From positions 163,248,001-163,312,000 of the forward strand of contig NC_058368.1 in assembly GCF_018350175.1 (NCBI RefSeq): 64,000 nt of DNA. Direction: 5' to 3'. The position numbers and the translations under genes were made by a program. The notes under the pieces are model-generated. The model searched no databases. It worked only from the letters and a program-made list of their open reading frames with translations, and was not told where the DNA came from. Source of the stretch: Felis catus. Its lineage: Eukaryota. Each line of letters opens with the position of its first letter. Within the stretch, counting starts at the first letter, position 1. Below are positions 39,401 to 52,360 of the stretch, piece after piece.

Positions 39401-41463
39401 CAGAACCCCACCATATAGTCAGTGCTCAACAAATGAGAGCCATTATTATGCCATAATAAAAAGTATTCCAGCCCTGTTAGTCTGATTTATATTTTGTTGC
39501 CATGACAGATATATAAATTACTGGAGCTTTAACCATTTGGCTGGAACCACAGAATCAAAATAATAAGCCTTAGCTGGAAAGAGCGCCAGAGCTCCTATGG
39601 GATATTGCTGATGTTGCCCCTTGTATACACATCTGGTAGCTGTTGATGCACAGTGAGTGTGCCCCATTATTTATTTTTTTAGAAGTAGTGATTGATTGAT
39701 TGATAACTGTGTGATCTAGGTACATACTCCTATTAAATCCTTCTTGTGAGTCAGGGCTCATATTTTGAAGCACTTGATGGTGGTTATACTTGTAATCATT
39801 GACCAAAGGCATAATAAATTTAACAAGTCCACATCATGTGCGCATATGCATATTTTGAAGGCAGGGCATTGACAAGGAAGATGAAGGAGAGGACAGGAGT
39901 AAGGATATACCACCTTAACTTCATTATCATTAGCTACAGTTGGTCAACAACCAACTGTATGTATGTATGTATGTATGTATTATGGTCAGGATTACCATAT
40001 TAATAGTTTGTGCTTAATTGTTCCTAGTCTTAGTTTGGTGCTTATTTGTTTTGCTGAGGATCCTCTTTGTATACATGCATTGGTAGTGCATCAAAACCTT
40101 GAATTAGAATTTTGCAATGTATCGAAAAGCCAGATACTCCTTGTTAAAGTGTTATGATAACAGAAATAGTCAAGAAAACCAGGCGGGAACTTAAAAGATG
40201 GTAGGAAGAGAAATGCCATTATTACATCTTAGAGGCATTGTTCTTGAGTGCAGATGCGTGGATGTCTTCATGAATTACGCAAGCTGAGAATTAGCACTAT
40301 GAGCTTTTGTGAAAATTAGTGTTTGTGCAGTTTATTGATGGTGTAGATGCTACACGAAAGACATTTACCACCTTCATGAATAAGAATTCTCTTTGTTAGT
40401 TCTATTTTTAGTCATTTAGTTAAGGAAACAATTGTCTTCACCGTAAGATAATTTCAGTTTTGGATAGAAATTTGAACACAATTTTGTCAAATAAAACTCA
40501 TTCATGTACATACTATTTTCCAGAAAAAAAGTGTTGCCTTCAGAGTAGACGTATGTACATTAGCTTTTAATGAACAAGTCCTTTGTCAATTGTCCATCCC
40601 TCTATTTATCAGTTGTCATAAGATGTATGTGGATTTATACTGATCTGTTTTTAACATTTTAGATGGTTAGACAAATATCCAAGTTCACCTTATTCTCATT
40701 CAACTAACAGAATAATTTCCTGCTTTCTGGGAATAAAAACATTGAATGGAAAAGGAATAAAGGTGTGCAAAACAAATGCTGGATTTTTCATAATTCTTCA
40801 AGGTGGTATACTCCCTGACATCTCATGTTTCTTTTGGTTCATGTGAAGCTTCTGCTTTTGCCAAGGGCCAGGAGATAGCTACAGAGGCTCCAGTCATCCT
40901 TGAATATACGGTGGTCCGAGCCAAGTAGGGGTCAGGGAGAACTAAAATGCACATGAGGCCTTCTCTTGTCATCTTGCTCTGTTTCAGTCATAGCCATTGA
41001 CATCAAGAGATTTCAGTGTATCATTACTGGAAAGGAAAGGAGTGGGGATAGTCTACCATGACTAGAAGACTATTTGGCTGTGTCCGGTTTCCCTCGTACA
41101 TCAAAACCCACCTATTCCCTCATGGTAGCCTCTGAGCTTTTTATTCTTATCCAGATACCATATTTAGAAACAAGGTATATTATCCTAGATTAGTGCAAGT
41201 GGAGTGGTTTTCCAGTACATCCTGTGTTGTAGGTCAGTCAGTTGTGGTTGACCCAAGAATGTGAAGACCCAAGGAAGAAAAGTCAAGGAGGATAAGTTTC
41301 GTGGAAATAATAGACTTTGATCCTAAGGGGCCCTGATGGGATCCTGTTTGTTTAGGGCACTTACCAGTAGGGTGGATTATTATGCATCAGATTTACAGAA
41401 GTCTGACCATCATCTTAAGACCCTGGAACACCATGCCTGTTGCAGAGTGATCGAAACTCCTAG

Positions 41464-42822
41464 GCCATGGTTTCAAAATTGATCCTCACCCCACCTGCAT
41501 CAGAATACGCATTCCAGGTCCTTACCAAAAGCTACTAGATGTGGGTTAGTAGGTGTGTGCTCTGGAATCTGTATTTTTAAAATAATCTTATTAAGAATAA
41601 AGAATTGAATTACAAAGAAATAATTAGTGGCAGCTTATTTTCTTTTTGAAATTTTTAAAAATTTCAATTTAAAATTTGATACCAAATTCTCAAAACTAAT
41701 TTACCCTTGGTTTACTTAATTTAAAAAGTATTTGTATACATTACTTGAAGTCAAACAGACAATATTGTGAGGCATTTTTAAAATTTAATTTTTTTCATAA
41801 AAATTTCCAAAAAAAATATTTTCATTGAAGAGTGGTAAGTGCACTCTTTAACCCTCATTCCCTATTTCCCTTATCCCCCATCCACCTCCCTTCTGGTAGC
41901 CATTAGTTCTCTATAGTTAAGAGTCTGTGTCTTGGTATTTCTTTCTCTTTTTTTTTTCCTCCTTTTGCTCATTCGTTTACTATAAAAAGTTTCTGCACAG
42001 GGAGGGAAACAATCAACAAAACTAAAAGGCAAACCTACTTACTGGGAGAAGATATTTGTAAATGACATATCTGATAAAGGGTTATTATCCAAAATATATA
42101 AAGAACTGATACAACTCAATACCCAAAAAAGAAATAATCTGATTAAAAATGGGCAGAAGACATGAACAGACATCTCTCCAAAGAAGACATCCAGGTGGCC
42201 AACAGACACATGAAAAGATACTCAACATCACACATCATCAGGGAATTGCAAGTCAAAACCACAATGAGATACTACCTCACACCTGTCAGAATGGCTAAAA
42301 TCAAAAACATAAGGAACAGCCAGTGTTGGAGAGGATGTGGAGAGAAAGAAACCCTCTTGCTTTTTGGCGGAAATACAAACCGGTGTAGCCACTGTGGAAC
42401 ACAGTGTGGAGGTTCCTCAAAAAATTAAAAAGAGAAATAGTCTATAATCATCACACTACTGTGTATTTACCCCCCAAATACAAAAACCCTAATTCAAAGG
42501 GTTACATGCATCCCTAGGTTTATTGCAGCATTATTTACAACAGCCAAACTATGGAAGCCGCCCAAGTTTCCATCAATAGATGAATGGATAAAGGAGATGT
42601 GGTATATATTTACAATGGAACATTGGTCACCCATAAAAAAAGAATGAAATCTCATCATTTGCAATAATATGGATGAAGCTAGAGAGTATAACGCTAAGCA
42701 AAATAAGTCAAAGAGAGACAAATACTGTATGATCTCACTTATGTAGAATTTAAGAAACAAAAGGAGCAGTGGAATCTGTATTTTAAGCTCCCTGGGAAAT
42801 AATAAAGTTTGAACAACATTGT
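41464..42822. mobile_element. MER5-like MITE split by an L1 insertion
   Basis: Left half (ccatggtttcaaaatt...cacctgcatcagaat...tggaatctgtatttt) resumes at 42770 (tggaatctgtattttaagctccctggg...aaagtttgaacaacattg). Confidence 0.7.
41578..42769 (-). mobile_element. L1 insertion with 5' inversion and putative 3' transduction
   Basis: 15-bp TSD tggaatctgtatttt at 41563-41577 and 42770-42784. L1 3' end is on the minus strand at ~41820-41980; the ORF2-end segment 41981-42769 is in the opposite orientation. Confidence 0.88.
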
Positions 42823-45139
42823 GTTATGGGGTTGTAGGAATCAAACTCAGATTTAGGAAGACCCGATAGTGACCTGAATCCAGAAGATTTTGCTGGAAAC
42901 AGTGCTCTGGTTTTGCCTCTCACCTGACCCATTTGGACATGAATAGATTAGCTTTGGTGAGAATGGCATTGATCTGCAGAACAGAGATTCACAACCTAGA
43001 GAACTTTTAAAAATCACACATTGCTTACCCTACCCCTCAGAAGGTCAAACTGAGTAGGTCTGAACTTAAACATTTATATATGTAAGATTCAAAGATCCTA
43101 GAATTGGAGGACTCTTGTACCAAACAGGTGTATGACTTTATTTATCTAGTCTAATTTTTTTCAAAAATAGGCTCCCATCTCCCACTTTGCTTTTTGACAT
43201 TTCGTAAATACTTTGGAATAGTTCAGCAACTGGACATAGATCAGTTTTGATACCGTAAGACTGATGCTAGAGTATATTGGACTTTTTGGAGCAGTTTCTG
43301 TCTTCATGATTGATTCTCATGGAAGAAAGTCTTTTAAAGTAAAATATGCAAAGCCTCTCATGGCTATTGTCTTTCTTTGTCCTCCAAGAATCCCTATGAG
43401 ATAAAGGGGAAAGAATAGGTTTTATTGTTCTCTTTTAAATACTTGTAATTAGAGCAAGTCCTGGAAGATTCCTTGTGAGAGCAAGCTTGGATATGGTACA
43501 TAGACATGCATTCATGAGCAAATGAAGACATTTGCTTCAAGAGCAAATTGAGGAATGTGTCTCGACCTAATGGTCAAGAATCCCCAGTTACAGAATACTT
43601 GGGTCTATTTCTATTACTAAATTTAAAGGGATTTGAATAATCTAAGTCTAAACCTCTCCTCAATTAAGTTATAGTTTATTCAAAATATGGTTTAATTGTA
43701 TTCTAGGTAATGGGGACTCCCACTGCATTCCTGAATAAATAGCTAAAGCACACATATTTTAAGTCTCTAGTCCTAGAATTTCAACAGAATTAGATAAGGC
43801 AAAAAAAAAAAAATAGGAGGAAGTGTATGGAAATGTTTTTGCCACTGATTACATGGTTTTTGTTTGTTTATGCCTCATTAATTAAAAGCATTTGTTTTAT
43901 TTTGAAATATCCAGTTGCATCTTTATAACTAGGTTGACAAAATTAAATAGAAACTATCTTTTTTCCATTGAAAGAGGTAGTGTATATGTTAAGGTCATAG
44001 GCGAGTAGATATTTGGTGATATTTTAGCTATGAAAGCTGCCTTGAAGTATGAACAATAACAAATATAATTGCTGTTGTGTTTTACCTATCTTATTTAGAA
44101 TTAAGCATTTTATTGTTTTCCTAAGAAAGGTAAGTATTGAATACTTTATTTTAAGCTTTTCTTTTATTATCAAGAGTTATTTATTAATGCTTTCTGATTT
44201 CTTTTGATATATGACATAGAAAAAAAGTGCCCAAATTTTAGATGTTTTTGGTGGCATTCAGTTGAATTTTTAAAATTCTACCTCATCCAGCCATATTTTT
44301 GTCCTATAACCACTGTTTTAGTCCTTAAACACCGTGTCTTACTTATAGATATTGAAGCTGCTTCATAAAATTCGGGGTGTATCGCTTTTTAAAAAATGGC
44401 TATCAGATAATGAAACTGTAATAAAAAATGAAGAACTACCCAGTGATTCCACAATATAGAATACAGAGAGTAAGACATAATATAGTTGGCTTGTGCAGAC
44501 GGACAGAGTCCAGAGAATCAAGCAGTAATGTTGGTGGTTTATGCGTTCTGGGCACGTGTCAAAATGCAGGACATTGCAAGAGTGGATTCGATGTTTCATG
44601 AAAACAGCCTTGGTGAAAATCTGTGAAGCATGGATTCCTCATCGCTCCCGACATAGAACCTCTGCCAACACACTGCCTTTTTTCTCCCCTTAACTGGAGC
44701 TCCCGTGGCAATATCTAATGCAAATCTCAGCTGCTTCGTGGAGCTTTTTGGAATTGCCCTGTCCCTCAGGGATCTCTCCTTCTCTCAGCTCCTTGCTGCT
44801 CATTATTTTTGACACACAGCATTCAGTGTATGCTCCCCTGAGTTATTAGTTTCCTCTTTAATTATGTAATTAGTGGATGGTTCAGTGGTATATTTCTTGT
44901 CCCTTATCCAGAAGGCCAGAAAAATGCTTTTCTTAGAAAGACATTCTACTGGGAGTCACAGAAACCCTGGACTAATAGACAGGAGACATTTTATCCCTAG
45001 TTCTCCTCTGATTGTGGGAAAGGAACTTCGAGCAGAGCACTTAACCTACCTTTGTTTCTTTCCTCTGCTATTAAATGAAGGAATTGAACTAGATAATCTC
45101 CAGATAATCTACTTTAAAATTGTGTTTCTGAGACTTCAG

Positions 45140-46260
45140 GTTCAATGTGGCAGATTAAGTACATGATTTTTTATCTTTTTTATCTCCCCAAATCTCTCTC
45201 AAAAGGGTAGAAAAGGAGTTTTAAAAAATTATAAACCTGAAAAGATAAAGAGACTAAGAGAGATTCTACAGCAAGTAACAGATTAATACATATTTGGAAA
45301 GTGGAAAGTAGAGAACTGGTAATAAGCTTCGTATAACAGGAGGTGTTACAACTAAGTGTCCTTGAGAGGTAAGCCCCACGAGAAGCAAGCTGATTGGTCT
45401 AAAAGACCACATGAAAGTTTCAAGCCTTGGTGATGGGCTATGTGGAAATCAGGAGTGCTATCTGGGGCTGCAACCAGGGAATTAATATGCAGTCTGTTCC
45501 AGCCTCCTCTCTCTTCCTGCAGAACGATGGCAACATATTTGACCCTTTCAGGAGATGGGCAAGTTCTTCTCTAGAGAATTAAAACCCCCCCTGATGAAGA
45601 GGAACTTAGGTGTCTGAACTGAAAACGAGAATTTAAAAAAAAAAGAGAGAGAAAAAGGAAAAGAAACTCATTTGGAACAAGCAATGTAGAGAGGAATAGA
45701 AATTAGAAATAGCTGAACACAGAAAATAGAAAAAGTTGAGGAAATCGCTAAGAAAGGATGTAAACAAAACACACAGTAGAAAGGAAATGGTTTTACAATT
45801 TGAGGAGCATTCCAGCAGATCCCACATGGAAATATGGAATTCTGAAAAAGAGAACAGAGATAGAGAAAAGAAATTATCAAAGACATATATAAGAATATCA
45901 GTAGAATGATTTAAATCTTCAGATTAAAATGACTTCATAAGATGAATAAGAAATGCCTGAGAAAATGAATGAGAAAAGACTTCTATTAGGGCACATCAGT
46001 AAAAGTTCAGAACAGGAGGCTAAAGAGAAGATTTTTAAAGCTTCTGGGGATGAGAGAGGGGAGATTGAGAGAGATCATAGATAAATTGTGAAAAATCAGA
46101 ATTAGGTTGGTGTCTGACTTTTCAACAGCAGGATCATAAGAGAGAATATAGAGAAGTAATATCCTTAAATCTCTTAGAGGAAATGATTGTCATCTTGTAA
46201 ATCTATATCTAAACACAATGAAGGATGAAGCTAAAATAAAGATATTTTATTTTTAGATAG
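45140..46260 (+). mobile_element. Very old L1 5'/ORF1-like remnant
   Basis: A-rich, with L1M ORF1-like motifs (aaatcttcagattaaaa, tctgacttttcaacagca, aaataaagatatttt). Confidence 0.55.
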
Positions 46261-46568
46261 ATATTTTAAAGATAGGTGAAGGTGATTAAGAGGTACAAAT
46301 TTCCAGATATAAAATAAATATGTCATGGGGATAGTATAGCATAGGGAATATAGTCAATAAAAAAAATCCAAACGTGGTTCAGAAACCATGCCATAGTTCT
46401 TGAACTCTAGTAAAAATAAAAAGGTGTTCAAGAAAGTTAACAATCATAGGACAATTACTTGGCTCAGTGAAGAACAACATTTATATATCTTTAAATTATG
46501 GTTTTACTAAACCAGTGCTAGTATTTAATACAATTTAAATACTGATTTTACTAATAATTGTGATATGT

Positions 46569-48700
46569 CCAGTACTGAATATAATAAAGGCCTTATATGA
46601 AAAACCCACAGCAAACATCATACTCAGTGGTGAAAAATTGAGACCTTTTTCCCTTAAGGTCAGGAACAAGATAAAGATGTCTGCTTTCACCGCTCTTATT
46701 CAACATAGTATTGGAAGTCCTAGCCACAGTAATTAGACAACATAAAGAAATAAAAGGCATCCAAATTGATAGGGAAGAAGTAAAACTCTCACTGTTTGCA
46801 GCTGGCAGGATACTATATATAGAAAACTCTAACGACTCTACCAAAATACTACCAGAACTGATAAATGAATTCAGTAAACTCATAGGATATAGATTCAATG
46901 CACAGAAATCTGTTAACATTCTTATACACAAATACTGAAGGAGCAGAAATTAAGGAAACAATCTCATTTACAGTTGTACCAGAAACAATAAAATATCTGG
47001 GAATAAACTTAAACTAAAGAGGTGAAAGACCTGGACTTTGAAAACTATAAAACACTGATGAAAGAAATTCAAGAGGATGCAAAGAAATGGAAGGACATTC
47101 CATGCTCACACATTGGAAGAACAAATGTTATTAAAATGCTTACCACGTAAAGTAATCTACCATTTAATGGAATCCCTATCAAAATACTGACATGATTTTC
47201 CACACAACCAGAAGAAACAATCCTCACATTTGTATGGAACCACAAATGACCTTGAATAGCCAAAGCAATGTTGAATATGGAGAAAAACAAAACTGAAGGC
47301 ATCACAATTCCAGATATCAAGTTACATTACAAAGTGGTAGTAATTAAAGCAGTATGGTACTAGTATAAAAATAGACACATAGATCAATAGAACAGAAAAC
47401 CCAGCAATACACCCAGTTATATGGTCAATTAATCTTTGACAAAGGGAGAATGAATATCCATGGGTAAAGACAGTCTCTGCAACACATTGTCTTGGGAGAA
47501 CTGGACAGCAACATGCAAAAGAATGAATCTGGACCATTTTCTTTCACCATACACGAAAATAAACTCAAAGTGGATTAAAGACCTAAATGTGAGACTTGAA
47601 ACCATAACAGTCCTTGAAGAGAGTACAGGCAGTAATCTCTCTGACAGCAGCCATAGCAACATTTTTCCAGGTAGGTCTCTTAAGGGAAATAAAAGTAAAA
47701 ATAACTATTGGGACTGTATCAAAATAAAAGTTTCTGCACTGAGACAGGAAACAACAAAATTAAAAGGCAATCCCTACTGAAAGGGAGAAGATATTTGCAA
47801 ATAACATATCTGATAAAGGGTTAGTATCCAAATATATAAATAAGTGGTACAACTCAACACCCAAAAATCAAATAATCTAATTAAAAATAGGCAGAAGACA
47901 TGAACAGACACTTCTCCAAAGAAGACATCCAGGTGGCCAACAGACACATGAAAAGATACTCAACATCACACATCATCAGGGAATTGCAAGTCAAAACCAC
48001 AGTGAGATACTACCTCACACCTGTCAGAATGGCTAAAATCAAAAACATAAGGAATAGCCAGTGTTGGAGAGGATGTGGAGAGAAAGAAACCCTCTTGCTT
48101 TCTTGATAGAAATACAAACCGGTGTAGCCACTGTGGAACACAGTGTGGAGGTTCCTCAAAAAATTAAAAAGAGAAATAGTCTACAATCCAGTCATCACAC
48201 TACTGTGTATTTACCCCCCAAATACAAAAACCCTGATTCAAAGGGTTACATGCATCCCTAGGTTTACTGCAGCATTATTTACAACAGCCAAACTATGGAA
48301 GCCGCCCAACTTTCCATCAATAGATGAATGGATAAAGGAGATGTGGTATATATTTACAATGGAACATTGGAACAATGGAACATCAGCCATAAAAAAAGAA
48401 AGAAATCTTGCCATTTGCAACAACATGGATGGACCTAGAAGAGTATAATGCTAAGCAAAATAATTCAGTCAGGGAAAGACAGATGCCATATGATCTTAGT
48501 CATGTGGAATTGAAGAAAGAAAACAGGTGTGCAAAGGAAAAAAGAGAGAGGGAGAGAGAGAGGGAGAGAGGCAAACCAACAAACAGACTCTTAACTATAG
48601 AGAAAAAACCAGAGGGAAGGTGGGCAGGAAGATGAGTGAAATAGGGAATGGGGATTAAAGAGTACACTTACCTTGAGGAAATAAAATAAAATGATAAAAA
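46569..48700 (+). mobile_element. 5'-truncated carnivore L1 (~2.1 kb) with TSD
   Basis: ORF2 fragments [73 protein letters not shown]; 3' UTR and A tail; TSD ttgtgatatgt at 46558-46568 and 48702-48712. Confidence 0.93.
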
Positions 48701-51700
48701 TTTGTGATATGTTTATTAGAAAGCAGGTGGTATGAGAAGGGTGGTATAAGAGACTTCAATCCTCATCTTCCAAAGTAATAAGTCAAAAGATAATGAATAG
48801 AACTGTGAGTCAGTAAACCAGAACATTAGCACATTTGGAAAAATGAAGTAAAATACCTGAATAGTCTGCTAACAGTTTGCAAAAAGTTGCATCTGAGGAG
48901 TGGGACTCGAGGTAGTTGGGCAGAGGATGGCTGTTTTCACTGTAGGATTTTAGCATTATTTGACTTTTAACTATGTGTATATACTACTTTGATTAAAAAA
49001 TATTTTAAAGTTTACGTCCAGTTTTATACAATGTAATATATATGCAAATTTTGGTATATATAATTTTCTCAAACTTTACTGTGAGACCCTCGAGAACTGT
49101 GTGATGTATTTCTTTGTATCCCTTGTTGGCATTCATTTGCTTAACATTTATTGAGTATGTCAATGTTGGAACAGGTAGGATGAAGTCCCAGTCTCCCTGG
49201 ATTTAAAAACAACAACAACGAACAAACTTTTTCTACATGGAGATGAGTATGAGGCCTTAGCAAACATAGTGCATTGGGTAGGAGTAGGCATCCAAGTGTA
49301 TATTGAAAATCACACCCTTTATTCTGTGTAACTCATATAAACTTCTTCATAATGCATACCCTACTGGGTAGTTGGGAAGTAATGAAATTTGCCCATTGGA
49401 ATTACCTGGTTCTTCTGCTTTAACATTCTCTTTTCATGTAAATATTTGCATAATTTCTAAATCCAAGTCCCTGTAAGGATGGCTGTTCCTTTTATTTGCC
49501 CTCTCCCTTCCCCAGGGAGGGTCTTGGTTCAGGCTCCTGGAGCAGCCTCCCTCTCACATCACCCATCACTGAGCAGGAGGAGTGGGGGTATTTCTGTAGG
49601 TAACACAGAAGGAAAAGAGGGAAAGAGAGTGGTGAATTACATAAGGGCTTTTAAAACTTGAGTTTGGATTAACACAGTTCACTGCTATTCCCCTTTCATT
49701 GGTTAAAGGAAGTCACATACCCATTTGATGCCAGTCCTGGTGATTCCCCTTCTCAGCTGGGCCATAAGCTACCCAGCTGTGGGGAAGTGAGGTGTGTTTC
49801 TATAGCAGATAAGGTGCCTACAAAACTCAGACTCTGAAAATTGGGACATGAAGAATAGAGAAAAAAGACAGAAGAGCAGCAGTAGCCATTGACTACTGCT
49901 AGCCATTAGGCCTCAGATTGAAATACCTTAATTTGTGGGCGAAATATGAGGGGACAGGAACTTAAATTAGCAGATTCCATTTCGAGGAAGCTAAGGACAG
50001 GATAATGTGCTGACTGGATCAGTGCTGAGCAGTAGGGATGTGGGATCCAGAGAACCTGAACATGAGCACATGTGGAGAATTCTGCTCCAGAGTCAGATGC
50101 ATTCTCCAACTTAGAAAATAGTTTTACATGCATAAAGAGTAGGATTGCTTCTCCAGATTTTTCTATAATTCTATTAATTTTGACTTTCTCCTTAGAAGAC
50201 AACTTCAGAAGGTTTCAGTAGTGAATGAAATACTTGTGTGCATATGTATGTATTTTGATTATGTATTGGAACATACTGCATAATTAAACTTAAATATTTT
50301 AATGATATCTCATTTGCTATATCCTTGGAGGATAATTGTAACTCCATAATTTCCCCTCCAGTGTGTTTTGTTTTTACATAACAAAGGCTGCCTTAATGAA
50401 CCTTTATCTCATTACAATGTAATACCAATAGTGATTTAAATATCAAAATGAAAGGGAAATTTTAGCACAGCTTTATTCTATTTTAGGCAAATTAATACTG
50501 CTTAATCCATTTATTTTTCTGGTTTTGATATTAGCATTTGGTTAAGATAAAACCTACTGGTAAAAAAAATGCTGACCTCTTTGATAACAAGCAAATTTTT
50601 GGTATTTTATGAGAAGATAACAAGGCAATTACCCAGTTTTAGGAACAAGAAATAAAGTAGGCCATCTTAAAATTTTACTTTGGCTAAATCAGAACGAAAC
50701 AGTTAGTAGTATTTTTTTATTATCTTAAAACAGCTCTGTGGCTTTGAGTTCAAGACCAAGAGAGCTGTATTATTATTTATAGAGGGAGAAGTTCCACCTT
50801 TTTTCCCCTTAATCTTGACCTAATCAAATACTTTAAAGTATATTTTCCCATTGTTTGAATTAACTCTACTCATATTTAATAATATTTTTTTTTTGTTTCT
50901 GTCATTCAGCTTTTGTTTAGTCATGAATGAAGATATCATGAAGTAAAATACAAATTCCGCCATGCCCAAAGAGCAGGATCTGGTATGGTACTTTCCTAGC
51001 TGTATACCAACATCACCAGCCTGGCACTGCCTTCCCATTTGGTATCCATCCCTGAATCATTGAAGCACTTATCTGCCAGCCATTATGATAGTGGGAATGA
51101 CCAGCTGATCAAGCATGGGCCATTAATTTTGAATCCGTTGATAGAGACATAAATTTCCCAGAAATCATATTGAAAGATAAAATGGTCAGCTTCTTTTAAG
51201 TACATGCTAATATACCTCAGGGATGATTGGAACCACTGATTATTTTATAGTTTTATTTTGTCATTGGAATTTTAAAAGGTTTGATGATGACATTAGTGTG
51301 TTTTAAAGTAACAATAAATATGATCACTCTAAATCTGTAATTACTATACCTTTATGAATAGTATGTTTAAAGGCCTAAGGTCCTATTTGTTTTTACTTCT
51401 GTTTTTACTAAATATTTAGGGATGTGCTGTTTCAAAAGAGAGAAGTCTTCTGGTGGAATTACTGGACTGGCAGTACATTGTTTGCTTTATCAGTAGAGTT
51501 TTACATATTGTCTTATGACCACATTTTTTTATCTGCAATGATTTCTTTGCTATTTGAAAGAGTCTTAAGTTTATGATAATGGAAATTCATTATAACGGGA
51601 AGCAAATTTTTAAGAAAATAAAATTTGTGCATATACGCCAACTATTAAAATTTCATTTCAAAGGCTCGAAAAAAAATTCTATTTCAAAAGAACCAACTTC

Positions 51701-52360
51701 CAGCAAAGTAATTAACATAATCCCTCTATTTAGGAGTAAATATTAAATTCAGTAGGATCAAGTAAATAGTAGTAAACTTGATACCTCATATAGCATTTAG
51801 TATTTGTGTAGCAGTAGTTACACAGCGCATTTCATCTTCAAAATGCTTCAGCAACAATAAGTTATGTTTCTTGTCAATATTCCTATAAAGGAATAGGCAA
51901 GTGTTACTAATAAGAATCTATTTGTCTCACTTAAATCCCAAGCACCTAGTTGGGTCTACCATTTTATATTTATTTGTTCCCAGAAAATAACTGCTTGTAG
52001 AATATAAATTCATGTTATTTACCGCTACCACAGATGTCTTTGGGCAGCTCGTTCTGCAAGCCTGACTCTGTATAGTTTCCTTAAGTCATGTGACACAAAC
52101 TCAAAGGCCATGACATACTGTACCTGTCAGTGCCCATACCCAGTAAATGTTTCTTAATAATCTTGACATAGCATTGGTAATTCCCTTGAAATATAAATGT
52201 TATTCCTGATTACTGGAGCACATTTCAAATGATTTAGGTTGACTTTAGTTCTCTTTTTGCTGAATGACAGAGTTCCTGCTTTTGCTCTTATTTTTCTTGT
52301 TAGGAAGAGTTTAAATTTGGATCTTTTAGCCCTATTTTTTTCCTGACTTTTCAAGGATAG

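Noticed and set aside
46593..48635. Cluster of ORFs with reverse-transcriptase-like peptides
   Set aside because: Frameshifted fragments of L1 ORF2 in a 5'-truncated dead element; the catalytic FADD motif reads FAAG. Not a novel RT system.
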